Shown here: positions 13,906 to 25,804 of the stretch, one piece after another | Position numbering within the stretch: position 1 is the first letter of the stretch | Layout of the letters: every line of letters starts with the position of its first letter | Source: Trichoplax adhaerens | Taxonomy: Eukaryota > Animalia > Placozoa | Assembly (NCBI RefSeq): GCF_000150275.1 | Contig: NW_002060946.1 | Location: 8,043,555 to 8,107,554, forward strand | Reading direction: 5' to 3' | DNA: 64,000 bases | Notes under the pieces: model-generated | What the model saw: only the letters and a program-made list of their open reading frames with translations | Told to the model about the DNA's origin: nothing | The model's database searches: none | Translations under genes and position numbers: made by a program

Positions 13906-14564
13906 TGGATGATGGAGAAACTCTCCAATTTTAGCGATACTATCTGCAGGCTGCTATTTTGCTAAGCATGATTATAAATGCTACGGTGACCTTGCAAATA
14001 CACTAACTCAGTATCAACAGGGACTCCATGCTCCAATGCCAAGCTAAAAGCAAGAAAATGACATGGGCGGAAAGTGGCTGCAGTCACAAAGATCTGACAT
14101 TGGACGAATCATTTCACAGAATAGTGCACATCGCTGCCAAGTTTGTCCATCTTCAACGAGTGATCGAGCTAAAAGTGGGTGATAGACTATCCAATGCAAA
14201 ACAAAAGTCTAAAGCACACCTACAATTTGCTGCTCCTTGATAGCCGGTAAACAAAGCCAAAAGTATTAGTGACGGCGCCGAGCGCGTACAAATAATTCAT
14301 TAACACGAAATTGTTAAACAGAACAATTTTTTTGCAGTTTGGAGAAATACGAAGTAGCGCTTTAGCAAAGAGCACTAATACGTATACCTAATCTCAACTT
14401 GAACTATATTAATAAGATTTTATTGTATTACTTCAATTATGGATCAATTCATTTACATAGTTGGAGCCCGTTGATTTTCTACGTCCATTGTTCAGTACAG
14501 TAGACAAAAGTTGTCACGCCTGAGAGACTGCTATATTGGATGGAAGAGTCTATGATGGTTTTAG

Positions 14565-14723
14565 CAGGGATTGCTCAAAGAAAACCCATTTTCCACCGTC
14601 TCCTACTTCCTCTCTCTTACTATATCCATGCAGTATAAACATACAGTAGAGCAATCCAAGAGAGAGGAGTAGAAGACGGTGGAAAAAGGGTAACATTTTT
14701 ACTTGAGTCTTGAGTAGTCCCTG
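14565..14723. mobile_element. Non-autonomous foldback MITE, 159 bp, with hAT-like CAGGG...CCCTG termini
   Basis: The left end cagggattgctcaa matches the reverse complement of the right end (cagggactactcaa) at 12/14. An internal ~30-bp inverted repeat pairs ttttccaccgtctcctacttcctctctctt with aagagagaggagtagaagacggtggaaaa. The flanks ggttttag and gttttatg resemble a decayed target-site duplication. Confidence 0.8.
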
Positions 14724-15805
14724 GTTTTATGGTTAATCAATTTGTAATCGACGTACTGTATAGGCTCGTCTGACTCCAATGTGGAGTAAGTGAATCTTTG
14801 GATACATTTACTTCAAATATCCCTGAATTAACCATCGACATAAAATAGGCTTCCATTTTTCTTCAAAAATAAGTATACTGTACACATCGAAATAAAAATG
14901 TTATTAAAATCTTGCTACAACGGTTTCATGAAAGTCATCGGGCTGGACTGGACTGTCAGTTTGGATCATAGAGATACCTCTACGATTTTGTGAAAATCCT
15001 TTCACTGCCCTATGCAGTGTGCCGTGTGCCCCTCGTTCAACGCAAAATTATTATCGACAGGAGTAAACAAACTTTCAACACACATTTCCAATTCAGTATT
15101 ACTACTACAGTAATAATATCTGCTAATATCATCAGCAACTACTAAAATAGAGGGAAAAAGAGGATTTATAAACCCTTACAATACATAATGCTAAACGTAC
15201 AGGAATTCGATAGCAGCTCTAGATAGTTGCCCATTATTCATTTCTTAACCGGGTAGCGGCTCTGCAGTCATGTCCAAGCACCAGGGATTTTCGGAGAGAA
15301 ATTCCCTAGAACAGACACGCGGCACAGCCGACTATCAAGTCAAATAACGTTTACAGGCACTATTCGAGATGCTTAGTCAACTCCTCTCATTAAGCTATGT
15401 CAACAAGAGCTTATAAATTTCAAAATAGTCTCATGATTAATTGTTATATATATTGATATTGAATCGGATTGACTTCAATTATGGGAGGAAAATGGAGTCG
15501 CCTTGGTCCTTTCACAATGCTGTATCAAACACTGTTATAACTGCTAATGTCGAATTAGGGACAACGAAACACTTCTTTCCTATCGAAAATGGCCTCGACC
15601 TTCTCTCAAATGAAAACAACAATTTTCAGCAGGAAAGCTTTCATTTAGACGATGGAAACAAACTACGCATGTCTACTAGTCCAGTCGATCCTGCTGTGAG
15701 CCACCGCCTTGTTGCTCTAGTTACCAACTTTAGTATTTCAAATACCCCTCCATTGCCTTTCTATCATGTCCATTTCTCATCATCAAACAGGATATCTGAT
15801 TCGTC

Positions 15806-17311
15806 ATGCTTTGGATTAGGATATTCTTTGTACTATTGATCTGGTATATGACAATTGGTATTCATGTAGGAGCTCAATTTCAAGCAGAGAAAGATGAAAC
15901 GGCCCAATTCGACGTACTAACTGATTCAATGCAATACATGCCGACGATGAGAAGAGCATCACTTCTGGCTCAGCATCTTGAGGTTGATTATGGCTTAGGC
16001 AAGATCAATCCTAACCAAAATATTGATGAAAAGTATAGGTTAAAAGCTCTTAATGTTAGTCTATTAACTCAGCGTCGATTGCATGGCTTGCAATTTCCCC
16101 CAAATTGTTCGTCAGTCAAGCTATTGCTATGTCAAGTGCCACCTCATGGTTTAGGAAGTGTTCTGCATCATCTAGCTTATTGTTTAATTTTTGGTTATGG
16201 ACTGAATAGGACAGTTGTTTTTGATTGGGAAGAATTTCGATATGAAATCCAATGGAATGATTACTTTTATCCATTAACCAATTGTACTGTAACGCCTGAT
16301 ATCCAAAATCAGGCTGCTAAATATGATTTCACTTGGTTGGGACACGATCTTGCGCAACTTGATCATAAAGTCATCGCTTTTCCTTTCGGCTATATTCTTC
16401 ATCGCCAATATGGTTATATGGTTCCGGCTGATCTAGTTGCAGATATTTTGCCTTGGTGTGATGATCCTGTTTTATGGTGGCATTCTTTAGTCATGCGTTA
16501 CGTTCTATTACCAACATCGAAATTGCGATCATTACTATTAATGGCTCGAAAACGCTTACAATATCCGTCGTCTACGGTCGGTATTCATATTCGTCATACA
16601 GATAAACTATTTAAAGAAGCTAAATATTACGGACTACAGGAATATCTTGAGATTGCAGATTCCTATTTTAAATCGTTAGCTAGCAATGGCAGTTCCGATG
16701 ATACCAACAAAGCCATTTTTTTAGCCACGGATGATACAAAAGTTGCCCAACAATCAAAGTCCTTTCGTCATCAATATACCATTATAAATGATTATGATGC
16801 TACATCTCTTGCTGAAGGGAGCTACTATAAATCACCAAGATATTCAAAGAGAGGATTTGAAACTGCACTCGTTGATATCTACCTTTTAGCTGCTAGTGAC
16901 TATACTATTGTGACCATGTCATCCAACGTAGGAAGACTAGTATATGAAATTAAAAAAATTTATCTATGGCACGATATAAGTCATACTATATACAGTTTAG
17001 ATGAAGCCTATAATTTATTTGGTTGCGATCGTTATATAATCCATCATCGCCAACGTGCAGTACATGTCGCTGTTAAGGAATACAAGGCTAAAGATGACAA
17101 TAGGGAACTATCTCTTCAACCAGGGGATCTGGTATACTTTGAAAGATTGGGTTTGAGACCTAATCAATATTTTGGTTATTCTGAGACGTTGCAACGTCAT
17201 GGAATCTATCCCATTGATTGCGTCAAAATTGTAACAAAAATTTATGATTATCCTGTATATGAAGAATTTGCAAAAACTACTATTAACCGATTAGAGCTTT
17301 ATGATGGTTAG
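15806..17311 (+). CDS. FUT8: Alpha-(1,6)-fucosyltransferase (GT23, FUT8-like), single exon, 501 aa
   Basis: N-terminal hydrophobic anchor, then LQFPPNC...LLC...GLGSVLHHLAYC, GIHIRHTDK (human GVHVRRTDK), FLATDD, TMSSNVGRLVYE and SLDEAY. The C-terminus is an SH3 domain (ELSLQPGDLV...GIYP..V). Confidence 0.92.
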   Translation: MLWIRIFFVLLIWYMTIGIHVGAQFQAEKDETAQFDVLTDSMQYMPTMRRASLLAQHLEVDYGLGKINPNQNIDEKYRLKALNVSLLTQRRLHGLQFPPNCSSVKLLLCQVPPHGLGSVLHHLAYCLIFGYGLNRTVVFDWEEFRYEIQWNDYFYPLTNCTVTPDIQNQAAKYDFTWLGHDLAQLDHKVIAFPFGYILHRQYGYMVPADLVADILPWCDDPVLWWHSLVMRYVLLPTSKLRSLLLMARKRLQYPSSTVGIHIRHTDKLFKEAKYYGLQEYLEIADSYFKSLASNGSSDDTNKAIFLATDDTKVAQQSKSFRHQYTIINDYDATSLAEGSYYKSPRYSKRGFETALVDIYLLAASDYTIVTMSSNVGRLVYEIKKIYLWHDISHTIYSLDEAYNLFGCDRYIIHHRQRAVHVAVKEYKAKDDNRELSLQPGDLVYFERLGLRPNQYFGYSETLQRHGIYPIDCVKIVTKIYDYPVYEEFAKTTINRLELYDG

Positions 17312-17591
17312 GTTCCGATAGTGATGTAAAATTGTGAATATACTTTAAAATTTTTCCAAATACGAAATATTTTATTCATTGAGAGAATCATGTATTACAG
17401 AGAACAGAAGCAAGCAGGACATACTGTTATATCTTAATATTAAAACAATAGAATTTTGATACTAGGAGCAATAATTTCATCATTGTCTTTGTGAAGTATT
17501 TATTTTTTATCAATATAATACGCTTGTTTTGAGATGATTAGTCAGACCATAAACTTGTAAGAATACTATATCTACGTTAGTAAATCAAATT

Positions 17592-19970
17592 TCATTTGCT
17601 AGAAAGTTTATCACCAGTAGCCAAGATGCATTTGATATTGGTATATCTTCCAACAAATTTGATTGCCATTCCGACAAGTCGTAGTTGTATAAAAGCACGA
17701 GGTGCTATCAAACCAGAATATTTTTTGTACTGGTTGACACTGTATTCATAAAACCCTATTAGAGGCCAATAATACCGAAACAGTTAATATCTATATGGTC
17801 ACCATGCTTTAGACAATACCTGCTATAAACTCCTTAATATAGAAGTAAGGAGCAATATAAAATTGAACTTAATAAGGTGAACTACCCTCTGTTCATGCAG
17901 AATATAATTAGATAAATTAGGAGATACCGACATTATTTCCTCAAATACACCTTATTTATAGTTTAAACTCTAAAACTATGCATTACTAACTCGATCAGCG
18001 GTAAAAATTATTAAATGCACGATCTTGCAATGTTTATGTCAGCGACTATCGTGAGCAAGTATAATTAATTAATACAAGATAGACGTATATTGCTGTACAA
18101 CAGCATCACTTACCATTAAATACATGTTCTGAAAGATCCACAATCCTGACATTACAAAAACCAGCAGATTTCATTTGCAACGCATAAGTATCCATGGATA
18201 CCATATTCACTTTTGGAACCAGGAAGAATTTTGAGGCACAAGTCTTGACTAACTCTTGTAATAGTGATGATTTCCTACGGTCAAAAGAGTACCAGAAACC
18301 CTTAATTTCTATAAATAAGATTTTTACTACATTTTCGAAGTAGAAATTGCAGGATAGCTGAAATAGTTAATTTATATGTAAAAGCACAATTTTTAAACAC
18401 TCACTTTACTATGCATTGATACCTGTTGTTAAATACGAAATCAATTAGACCTAGCGAACCACCTGGGCGTAGCAAGGCATACGCTTTGGAGAAGAATACT
18501 TCTCTAGTACGATAGTGGTAAGCACTATCAAGGCTGACAATCTATTATATTACAAGAAGAAAACGAAATTTCATGAGGTCATAAGCCCATAAAATCATAC
18601 ATAAGTTATGAGCAATGTCATACAATGTTATAATCAATTCACGTGCTGTAATATCAATCGAGCATATTTGTACATTGAATAAAAAATAGATAGTTTGTTT
18701 TTCTAATTAGATGCATACAATCTAACCTTGTCAAAAGTAGCCCTGGCAAAGTTTAGATCATCCGCACTCCCCAGCATTAGCTGTACGCGTTTCTCTAACC
18801 CTAAATCCCTGACACGCCGTTTGGCAACCGCAACCTGAGTAAATTTTATTCAAAAATAGGAGCATTTATAATACTGTAGATTCACCTTAACTGTGAGCTA
18901 TAAACAAGTGTTAGGTCTGATACAATCATACGTATAACCTGGGATGGCACAACTTCCACCGCTATAATATCAACACCATAGTGTTGATGCCACCATATGT
19001 CTTGATCCCCACATCCAAAACCAATATCTAAACATCGATTGCCAGGTTGCATATTGACAGCCTCAGCTAATTTGCCCGCCATTCTGGAACATGCTTGAGG
19101 GAAAATAACTATACCGGAAATAATGATAATACCTGTGTGTTAGTGAATCAGAAAAATTTTTTAATTTACCAACTTGATACACCGTATCAGAAAGAGAATA
19201 GTCCGGAACAAAATATTTGTTCAGTAGAATCACAGAATACATTTCGATTTATTATCTAAGAATTAAGTATATACTTTATAATCATTTTTAAAACTGAATT
19301 ATTTAGATAGTATCTCAGGTAGCTGAATTTGTATCAGTCAACCTGACAAATTTTATTGCAACGATAATACTATTTCATATTCAATATTTGATCGTAGTAC
19401 AGCGCTACAACTTTTGCAAAGGGGTATCAAAAGCTAGATTAGATCTCTGTAGACTCTATACTTAATACCATTCAATGCTATACAATTATTTACGCTTGAT
19501 CATCAATCTCAATTGAAGAATTTAATGCTTAGTAACTAAAGTTTCAATCAGAAACAATCGCTAACTATCAGAATAGATAGATAACCAATAAAACCTTCAG
19601 TCATGGCTCATCACTGCATTGCAGTAATAAATGAAGAAATCTAAAAATTGGATATAGTCGTCATGTTATTACCTTCCTTATCGTCCCTCCTCTTTTCCCA
19701 ATATCCAAAGTTCATCCAATAAGTGTCTATATTGCAATTCATCGCCATTCGACTTTCTTGAAATTGATTAATATCGTAAAATCTTGATAGTTCTGATGTG
19801 TTATTTAGCTTATTATCGTAATATCTCCAAGTTAATAACTTAAAAGGGAACTTTATCATTGATTTAAGAAATCGTAATATTATATCGCCAAATAAACAAT
19901 CAGATGCTAGTAAACCAATGATGGACCCCATAAATAGAATTATGGCATCTCGTAAAGTTATATCAATCAT
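17592..19970 (-). CDS. Class I SAM-dependent methyltransferase with N-terminal membrane anchor (EryG/O-methyltransferase-like), 6 exons
   Basis: Exons 19970-19673, 19108-18939, 18834-18727, 18541-18423, 18274-18114 and ~17755-17592 join in frame. Motifs are YWMNFGYW, motif I CLDIGFGCGDQ, acidic IAVEV, FDKIVSLDSAYHY, LLRPGG, VPKVN and AGFCNVRIVDLSEHVFNG. Confidence 0.88.
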
Positions 19971-20788
19971 TATTAGAGCTGGTCTAAGGCTATTCGTTTA
20001 AAGAATTAGCAAGGAAGCATAACATGAAAATCGCCCTATAATGCTTCAATCATCACTTCCAGGTATGGCTAAAATTGCATGATAGTAAAAAAAAATCTGC
20101 CGCCCTTTCTATAAATCACCTTGAGTTTGTCCTTTCAATTGGAGATTTCTATTCAGTAAACAGTGTACCGCATTTACGACCGACTTCTTTGAGGACCCAA
20201 AACTCTATGTTTTGGCTATTACTCTTTTGTACCTACTGTAGATTCTCCTGTAGTTGCGATTGAATTAAAGTATAGAAATTTTAATTTAGGAGAAAAATAT
20301 TCTGTATGCAAGCGAATTATAGCCCAGTTACTCCTGATGTGCTTCAGTAGAGGAGTTGATTAGAGCTCCAATAAATGCCAGCAAGCTTTTTTAGCTGCTT
20401 AACTTAGTTGGTTTAGACAAGATAAAATAAGGCCAATGAGTACTACTGTAGTAAAATAGCTCGGTGCATACCAATTTCTCCAGTAAACTTAATAATAATG
20501 ATTGCAGCTGGATAAGAACATCGACGATTACCTCACCGGCTGCTGTAAAATGAGCTGTTGAACCTTGGAACTGGAAGATGGAGAATGGTCATTTCTCACT
20601 TTTATTTATTGCATTATATTTATAGTGTTTATACTAGTGTCTGTATTCCTATAGCATACAGCACCCAGTATATTTTATTGCTGTCCGTACGGCAATCCCG
20701 CTACTTTCAGAAGAGCTTCCTTCTACGACGTTCGGGCGTATCTAGGAGAAGCTCTTAATTTGCCAACAGCTCTCTTTAAATCTCTGCT

Positions 20789-21718
20789 ATGATACAAGCA
20801 TTACGTCGGATTAGACAAAATATAGCAACTGATTTCCTTTACTGTAGAAAGCATCGATTTAGTTACGGCAAATCTTGGTTTGCCAATTATAGCAAGTATA
20901 ATAACAGGATGACGTCTGAATTACCTAAGGATGTGCAATCGGGTAAGATTGAAATCAACGGTGTTGAGTTATATTATAGTAAACGAGGCCAAGGGCAGCC
21001 AGTAGTACTCTGCATGCCAGGCTCTTTCGGAACTGGTTTGAGCGATTTTAAGCATAACTTTTATGCCCTATCGGAGAGTATGACTGTTGTTACATTTGAT
21101 CCTCGCGGCTATGGAAATTCAAGGCCTCCCGATCGACAATTTCCTGTCGATTTTTATCGTATCGACGCCGATGATACAATCCAGTTAATGAACAAGCTAG
21201 GTTTCGACAAATATTGCTTACTAGGATGGAGTGATGGTGGTATAACTGCCATTATTCATGCAGCTACAAATTCTAAAAGTGTTTCGAAATTGATTCTCTT
21301 AAATGCTTGTGCATACTTTACTAAGGCTGATTGTGATCTGATGGAGCCTTTAATGGATATCTCGAAATGGAATCCAAAAACCTTAGATGTTTTAAGTGGA
21401 ATATATGGTCGAGAAACATTGGCACAGATGAATAAGGATTATTACCAAACTTTCTTTCAAATATATAAAAACGGTGGAGATGTTTGCAAAGCAGACGCTG
21501 ATAAAATAGTGTGTCCTACGTTAATTGTTCATGGTGAAAAAGATCCTATGATACCCTCCCTTCATGCACATTATCTACATGAGCATATTAAACATTCCCA
21601 TCTATGTATAGTCCCAGATGGAAAGCATGCCATACATAAGCGTCAGCCGGATAAAATCAACAAATTAGTAGAGAGATTCTTCCTTGAAGATGTAGCACCT
21701 CAATGGGATCAATTATAG
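20789..21718 (+). CDS. BPHL: Valacyclovir hydrolase / biphenyl hydrolase-like alpha/beta hydrolase, single exon
   Basis: 309-aa ORF with MPGSFG, DPRGYGNSRPPDRQFP, nucleophile elbow GWSDGG, HGEKDPMIP (catalytic Asp) and GKHAIH (catalytic His). The basic, Arg-rich N-terminus resembles a mitochondrial presequence, and there is a second Met at codon 41. Confidence 0.92.
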   Translation: MIQALRRIRQNIATDFLYCRKHRFSYGKSWFANYSKYNNRMTSELPKDVQSGKIEINGVELYYSKRGQGQPVVLCMPGSFGTGLSDFKHNFYALSESMTVVTFDPRGYGNSRPPDRQFPVDFYRIDADDTIQLMNKLGFDKYCLLGWSDGGITAIIHAATNSKSVSKLILLNACAYFTKADCDLMEPLMDISKWNPKTLDVLSGIYGRETLAQMNKDYYQTFFQIYKNGGDVCKADADKIVCPTLIVHGEKDPMIPSLHAHYLHEHIKHSHLCIVPDGKHAIHKRQPDKINKLVERFFLEDVAPQWDQL

Positions 21719-22732
21719 ATTATGAGAATAGTCCTTAGACTCATGTATTGCCTTCGAGACCGGTCTTATAAAGCTATATGAGCATACGCATATTACGAAA
21801 GACGATGCTCTAAAATAGGAATATAAGCATTTCTATTCTATTATAATTATGGTATTATGCCACAACTTATTAGTACAGTATCTGTGTTGTATCTAAAGCA
21901 AATGATACGTTTTTGTGGAATCTGCTGTACAGTATAGCACATGTGTTATTCGCCAATGTAAGTAAGTATGGCATACACCAAATATTGCAATGTTACAACA
22001 TCAATATATGGAATCTGATTAGAAATGCTAATACTTCAGTAATGCGCGATTGTAGCCAAAAAGTGGTTATCCTTTCTTCATGTTACTAGTGTACTGATTC
22101 TCGATTTCATTCATATGCCTTTTAATTGTTCTTACTGAGAACAGACTTTGATTCTCAGTTTAAAGTAGTAATCTTTACATTTTTTATTATAAAAAAGTAT
22201 TTAATTTTAATGAATATAACGCTGAATGACTGATTACGAGATAAACTGTAGATAACTTTCACAGTTATCCTTCGTAAAATGAGCCATCTCGAAAAAATAA
22301 AGGTATCATTATCTTTTAAACTTTTGAGCAAAATTCGATTCACTATTAATTTATAATCAATAAAACAGTCTACTATATTTTCTCACGTCCAACATATAAT
22401 AACACATCTTCAATATTATTATCAAAGTAAGGTATATATCAGATGTACTATCATAAACACTCTGTAAAAATTACAATTTCTTATGATTATACATCATAGA
22501 TAAAAGCTATGATACATATCAATTACGGTAGCTATAAGCCAAACTTAATCTTAGGAGAACAAGCAAAGAATAATATCATAGGCATATTTTTGTAAGCAGT
22601 TATTCCAACTTGTACACAGTACACATTGGTAGATATAAAAATAGAAAACAAGATTTCAATTTCGATTAACGGCATTCATACCAAAGACTGAATAATATTG
22701 AAAAAATTCAACAAATTTATTTACAATTAGTC

Positions 22733-25700
22733 TTAGACTTTAAGTAAAACTTGTTCAGCGACAGATTTTTGTTTAAAAAGTTTAGTCTTACGAAGTTTGG
22801 CATTAATCCAGTCATCAATTACTGACTTATTCTTTTTATAAATATTTAAAGCTATTCCTAATAATACGATCAAGCCAGACCATACATACTGTATTGTAAA
22901 TGGCTTTTCAAAGAAGAGAAACGATAAAACGACAGTTATCGCCTTCCGGAATGTGGTAACTATATAATTTAAGCAACATTTGATCAGAATCAAGCGTTTA
23001 ACGTCGAAAATGACTATCTTATTATAAGAAGTGCAATTACTTCAATAGAATAGTTATCAAAAGAACTCACCCGTGACTGCCATGAGGGCTCCAAATACAC
23101 GAACTAATGTTAAAACCATGTTAACACCAATATAGCCCGTAAAGGAGAGTATTGCGGCAAAGCCATAAATGGTCAATGCCTTATGACTACAAAATCGAAA
23201 TGCCGGTCCCAACTGATTAGTGATAAATAGAGCCATAAAAATGTATACGAACCCAATGGAAAACGAGTAAAATACCTACCAACAAAAGTAAAAGCAATTA
23301 GTATAGATCTAAGCTAATAGTAATGAAGGTAGAGTAGAGAAAATCATTAGCTACTAGCTTGATGTGGCATTGTGAAATGTGAATGAATATATCCCAAAGT
23401 ATAGAAAAATGGAATTTTATGAAGTAAACGTAGTAAGTGCTCATTACCATCTCTAAGTTGGTGCCATTGTATCCTTTCATTGCTTTTTCTTGTACATTAC
23501 CGATAGCCGCATCAGCACATAAAGCCAAAGAAATTAGAATAACGCCAAAGGAATCAAATGTTGGTGAAACTTTACTATCTGCTAAGGTAAACAGAATTAG
23601 ACCAACACACATCAAAAGAGCTGCAACGAGATCCGCAAGAGTATACTTTTTCCCTTGAATCAGGATGCCACCAATCATGACAGGTATGAGCTTACAACTT
23701 TTAAATATTACCTATTACAATAACAATAATAATTATTGATGATTACTTCCTATTAGTTTAGTTAACACTTTACTCAGATGAAAGGTGGAATTGAAAATAA
23801 AGAGAACTAACAACAGCTGGTAAAGTCTCCGATGTAGATAATACTTAATGATACAGATTTTATAAACGACGACAATAGCTATTTTGAAACTCATTCAAGA
23901 ATAGAGTTGAAGATGATAAAAGATTTCAAAAATTGATTATTCAAAAATTTCAATATGATAATCAAAAGATCAATTCAGTCATGTAGTAACAATTAAGACA
24001 CATTTTAATTTTATATAATGGTAAAAACCGATACATGAATAAAATTTTATCTTTTGGTAGACAAGCTAAGATTCCTACCTGAGTTGGGTAATTTAAATAT
24101 CCTAAAGATGTATTGGATAAGCCAATAGTTGCTACAGTTAAAAATGCAATAATCGCATAAATACGCAGTGGTATTCGCCTCTTTCGCGCAATCGGATTTT
24201 TTAGCTGCATTTCTATTGCACCAAATATTGTGTAATAGCCAAACTGAACAAGGGTTAAGTACCATCCATATTGTTTGAAACCTTTGATGAGAAACATTCG
24301 CTCCTATTATGGATATTAAAAATTAATATAATCATTCTTTAGAAGCTACGCACATTGCATTTAGGATGTTATGATCAAGCATACGACTATACAAATGAAA
24401 TTTTAATCCACAGGGATAGTTGTTGATGCTTAGTAATGTGTCCAGAAATGTAAAGGCATTTCCGTGTTGGCAATCTTTCACTTATGGTACACTTTACTGT
24501 AATATGCAGTTGTCTCGATATCGACAATTAAGTGTCTCAACCAGTACGGTATTTGATACGCGGCCATTAACTTAAGTATCAGCTAGTTTAATTAATTTAC
24601 ACAACTACGCACACAAAATTGGGTTCGATACTCAATCAACAAGGATTTTCCTTAAATTGGCCAGCTTAGTGTGTCAATTGATATTTTACTCTAATTCAGT
24701 GGGAACATCTCTCCTAAGATGAACAAACTATCAGATGATGTACTTCATTCATGCTATAACGAAATATAGAACCCAATTGCAATCTATTCCCAGCGCTTTA
24801 TGATACTAATACTAAGATCCTAAACTTCAGTGACAGTACTATCTCTATAATAAATCTTATTCCATCTTGACTGTCAATCTTTTAGCCCATGCATTTATAA
24901 ACGATACTGGATTCCATCGTTGGTGTATGGACAAATGGGCACGTGTTTTCGGTCTCAATATGAAAAAAATACTTTTACAAAATTTGCTAATCAAACTGTA
25001 AGGGTTCAGTTCAAGACATGTAGTTGATCCAAAATTGAATGAACAGACTTTGAAACCCACAGCAAACTCAAGACTGTAAATAGTCCATCAGTAGCAGCAC
25101 ACTGCTTCAATTTAGAAGCAAGTACTTTATCATATTGAATTTGAATTTTTTATCGGTAAATAAATATCTGGAAATGAAATTTATGTGAATTAAGACATAT
25201 CCAAACATCAGCTTATGATTTTATAAGTATACGATCTATTTCGTGAACGGGGGTCATTAGCAAGCATTCTTGATAGCCAACTTGAATTTCTGCATAATAC
25301 TGAGCGTATAACAGAAGGAGAATACATTATGCTGTACACTACTATTAAAATGGTCATCAATTGAATATAACCTTTGCCAATTAATTACTAATTACTAAAC
25401 GATTGTGCACAAAGTGTTGGTGCAGAGTTGAAGTGTATTATTATTAATTCAATCCATGGTTAGGTGCTGAGGATTAGCTATTTTCTGTGAAATTAACCAG
25501 ATATCAGCTACCGTCATAAGGATAAGCGATTTATTGTGATGTAACCGTTGCAACGTGAATTTCTCTTCTTAGAGTAGATGACTAGTAGCACTTTGATGGA
25601 TTGCTGACAACTAACCTGAATGTATCCATAAATTAAGTAGCAAGCTAAAACACCGCTAGACATTGCCATAAACTGCGACGAAGTCGACCAAGAATCGATG

Positions 25701-25804
25701 GAAAAGCCAAATAATGATATGCTAACAGGTAAGTTCACTTTATCACTCTTGTTGACAGTAATAGCAAGAGCCTTTTTGGAATTTCCATTGGTATTCTCCA
25801 TCAT
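22733..25804 (-). CDS. SLC35B3: PAPS transporter 2 (nucleotide-sugar transporter family), 5 exons
   Basis: Exons are 25804-25616, 24303-24079, 23711-23448, 23275-23071 and 22959-22733. Motifs include [56 protein letters not shown] and VTTFRKAITVVLSFLFFEKPFT. Confidence 0.95.

Noticed and set aside
13675-13965. Y/C/T/V-rich ORFs here and at 32163-32532
   Set aside because: These are translation artefacts of the stop-poor TACTGTACAG arrays.
15441-15839. 132-aa ORF overlapping the FUT8 start
   Set aside because: It starts at TTG and has no recognisable domain; most likely FUT8 5' UTR or upstream sequence.
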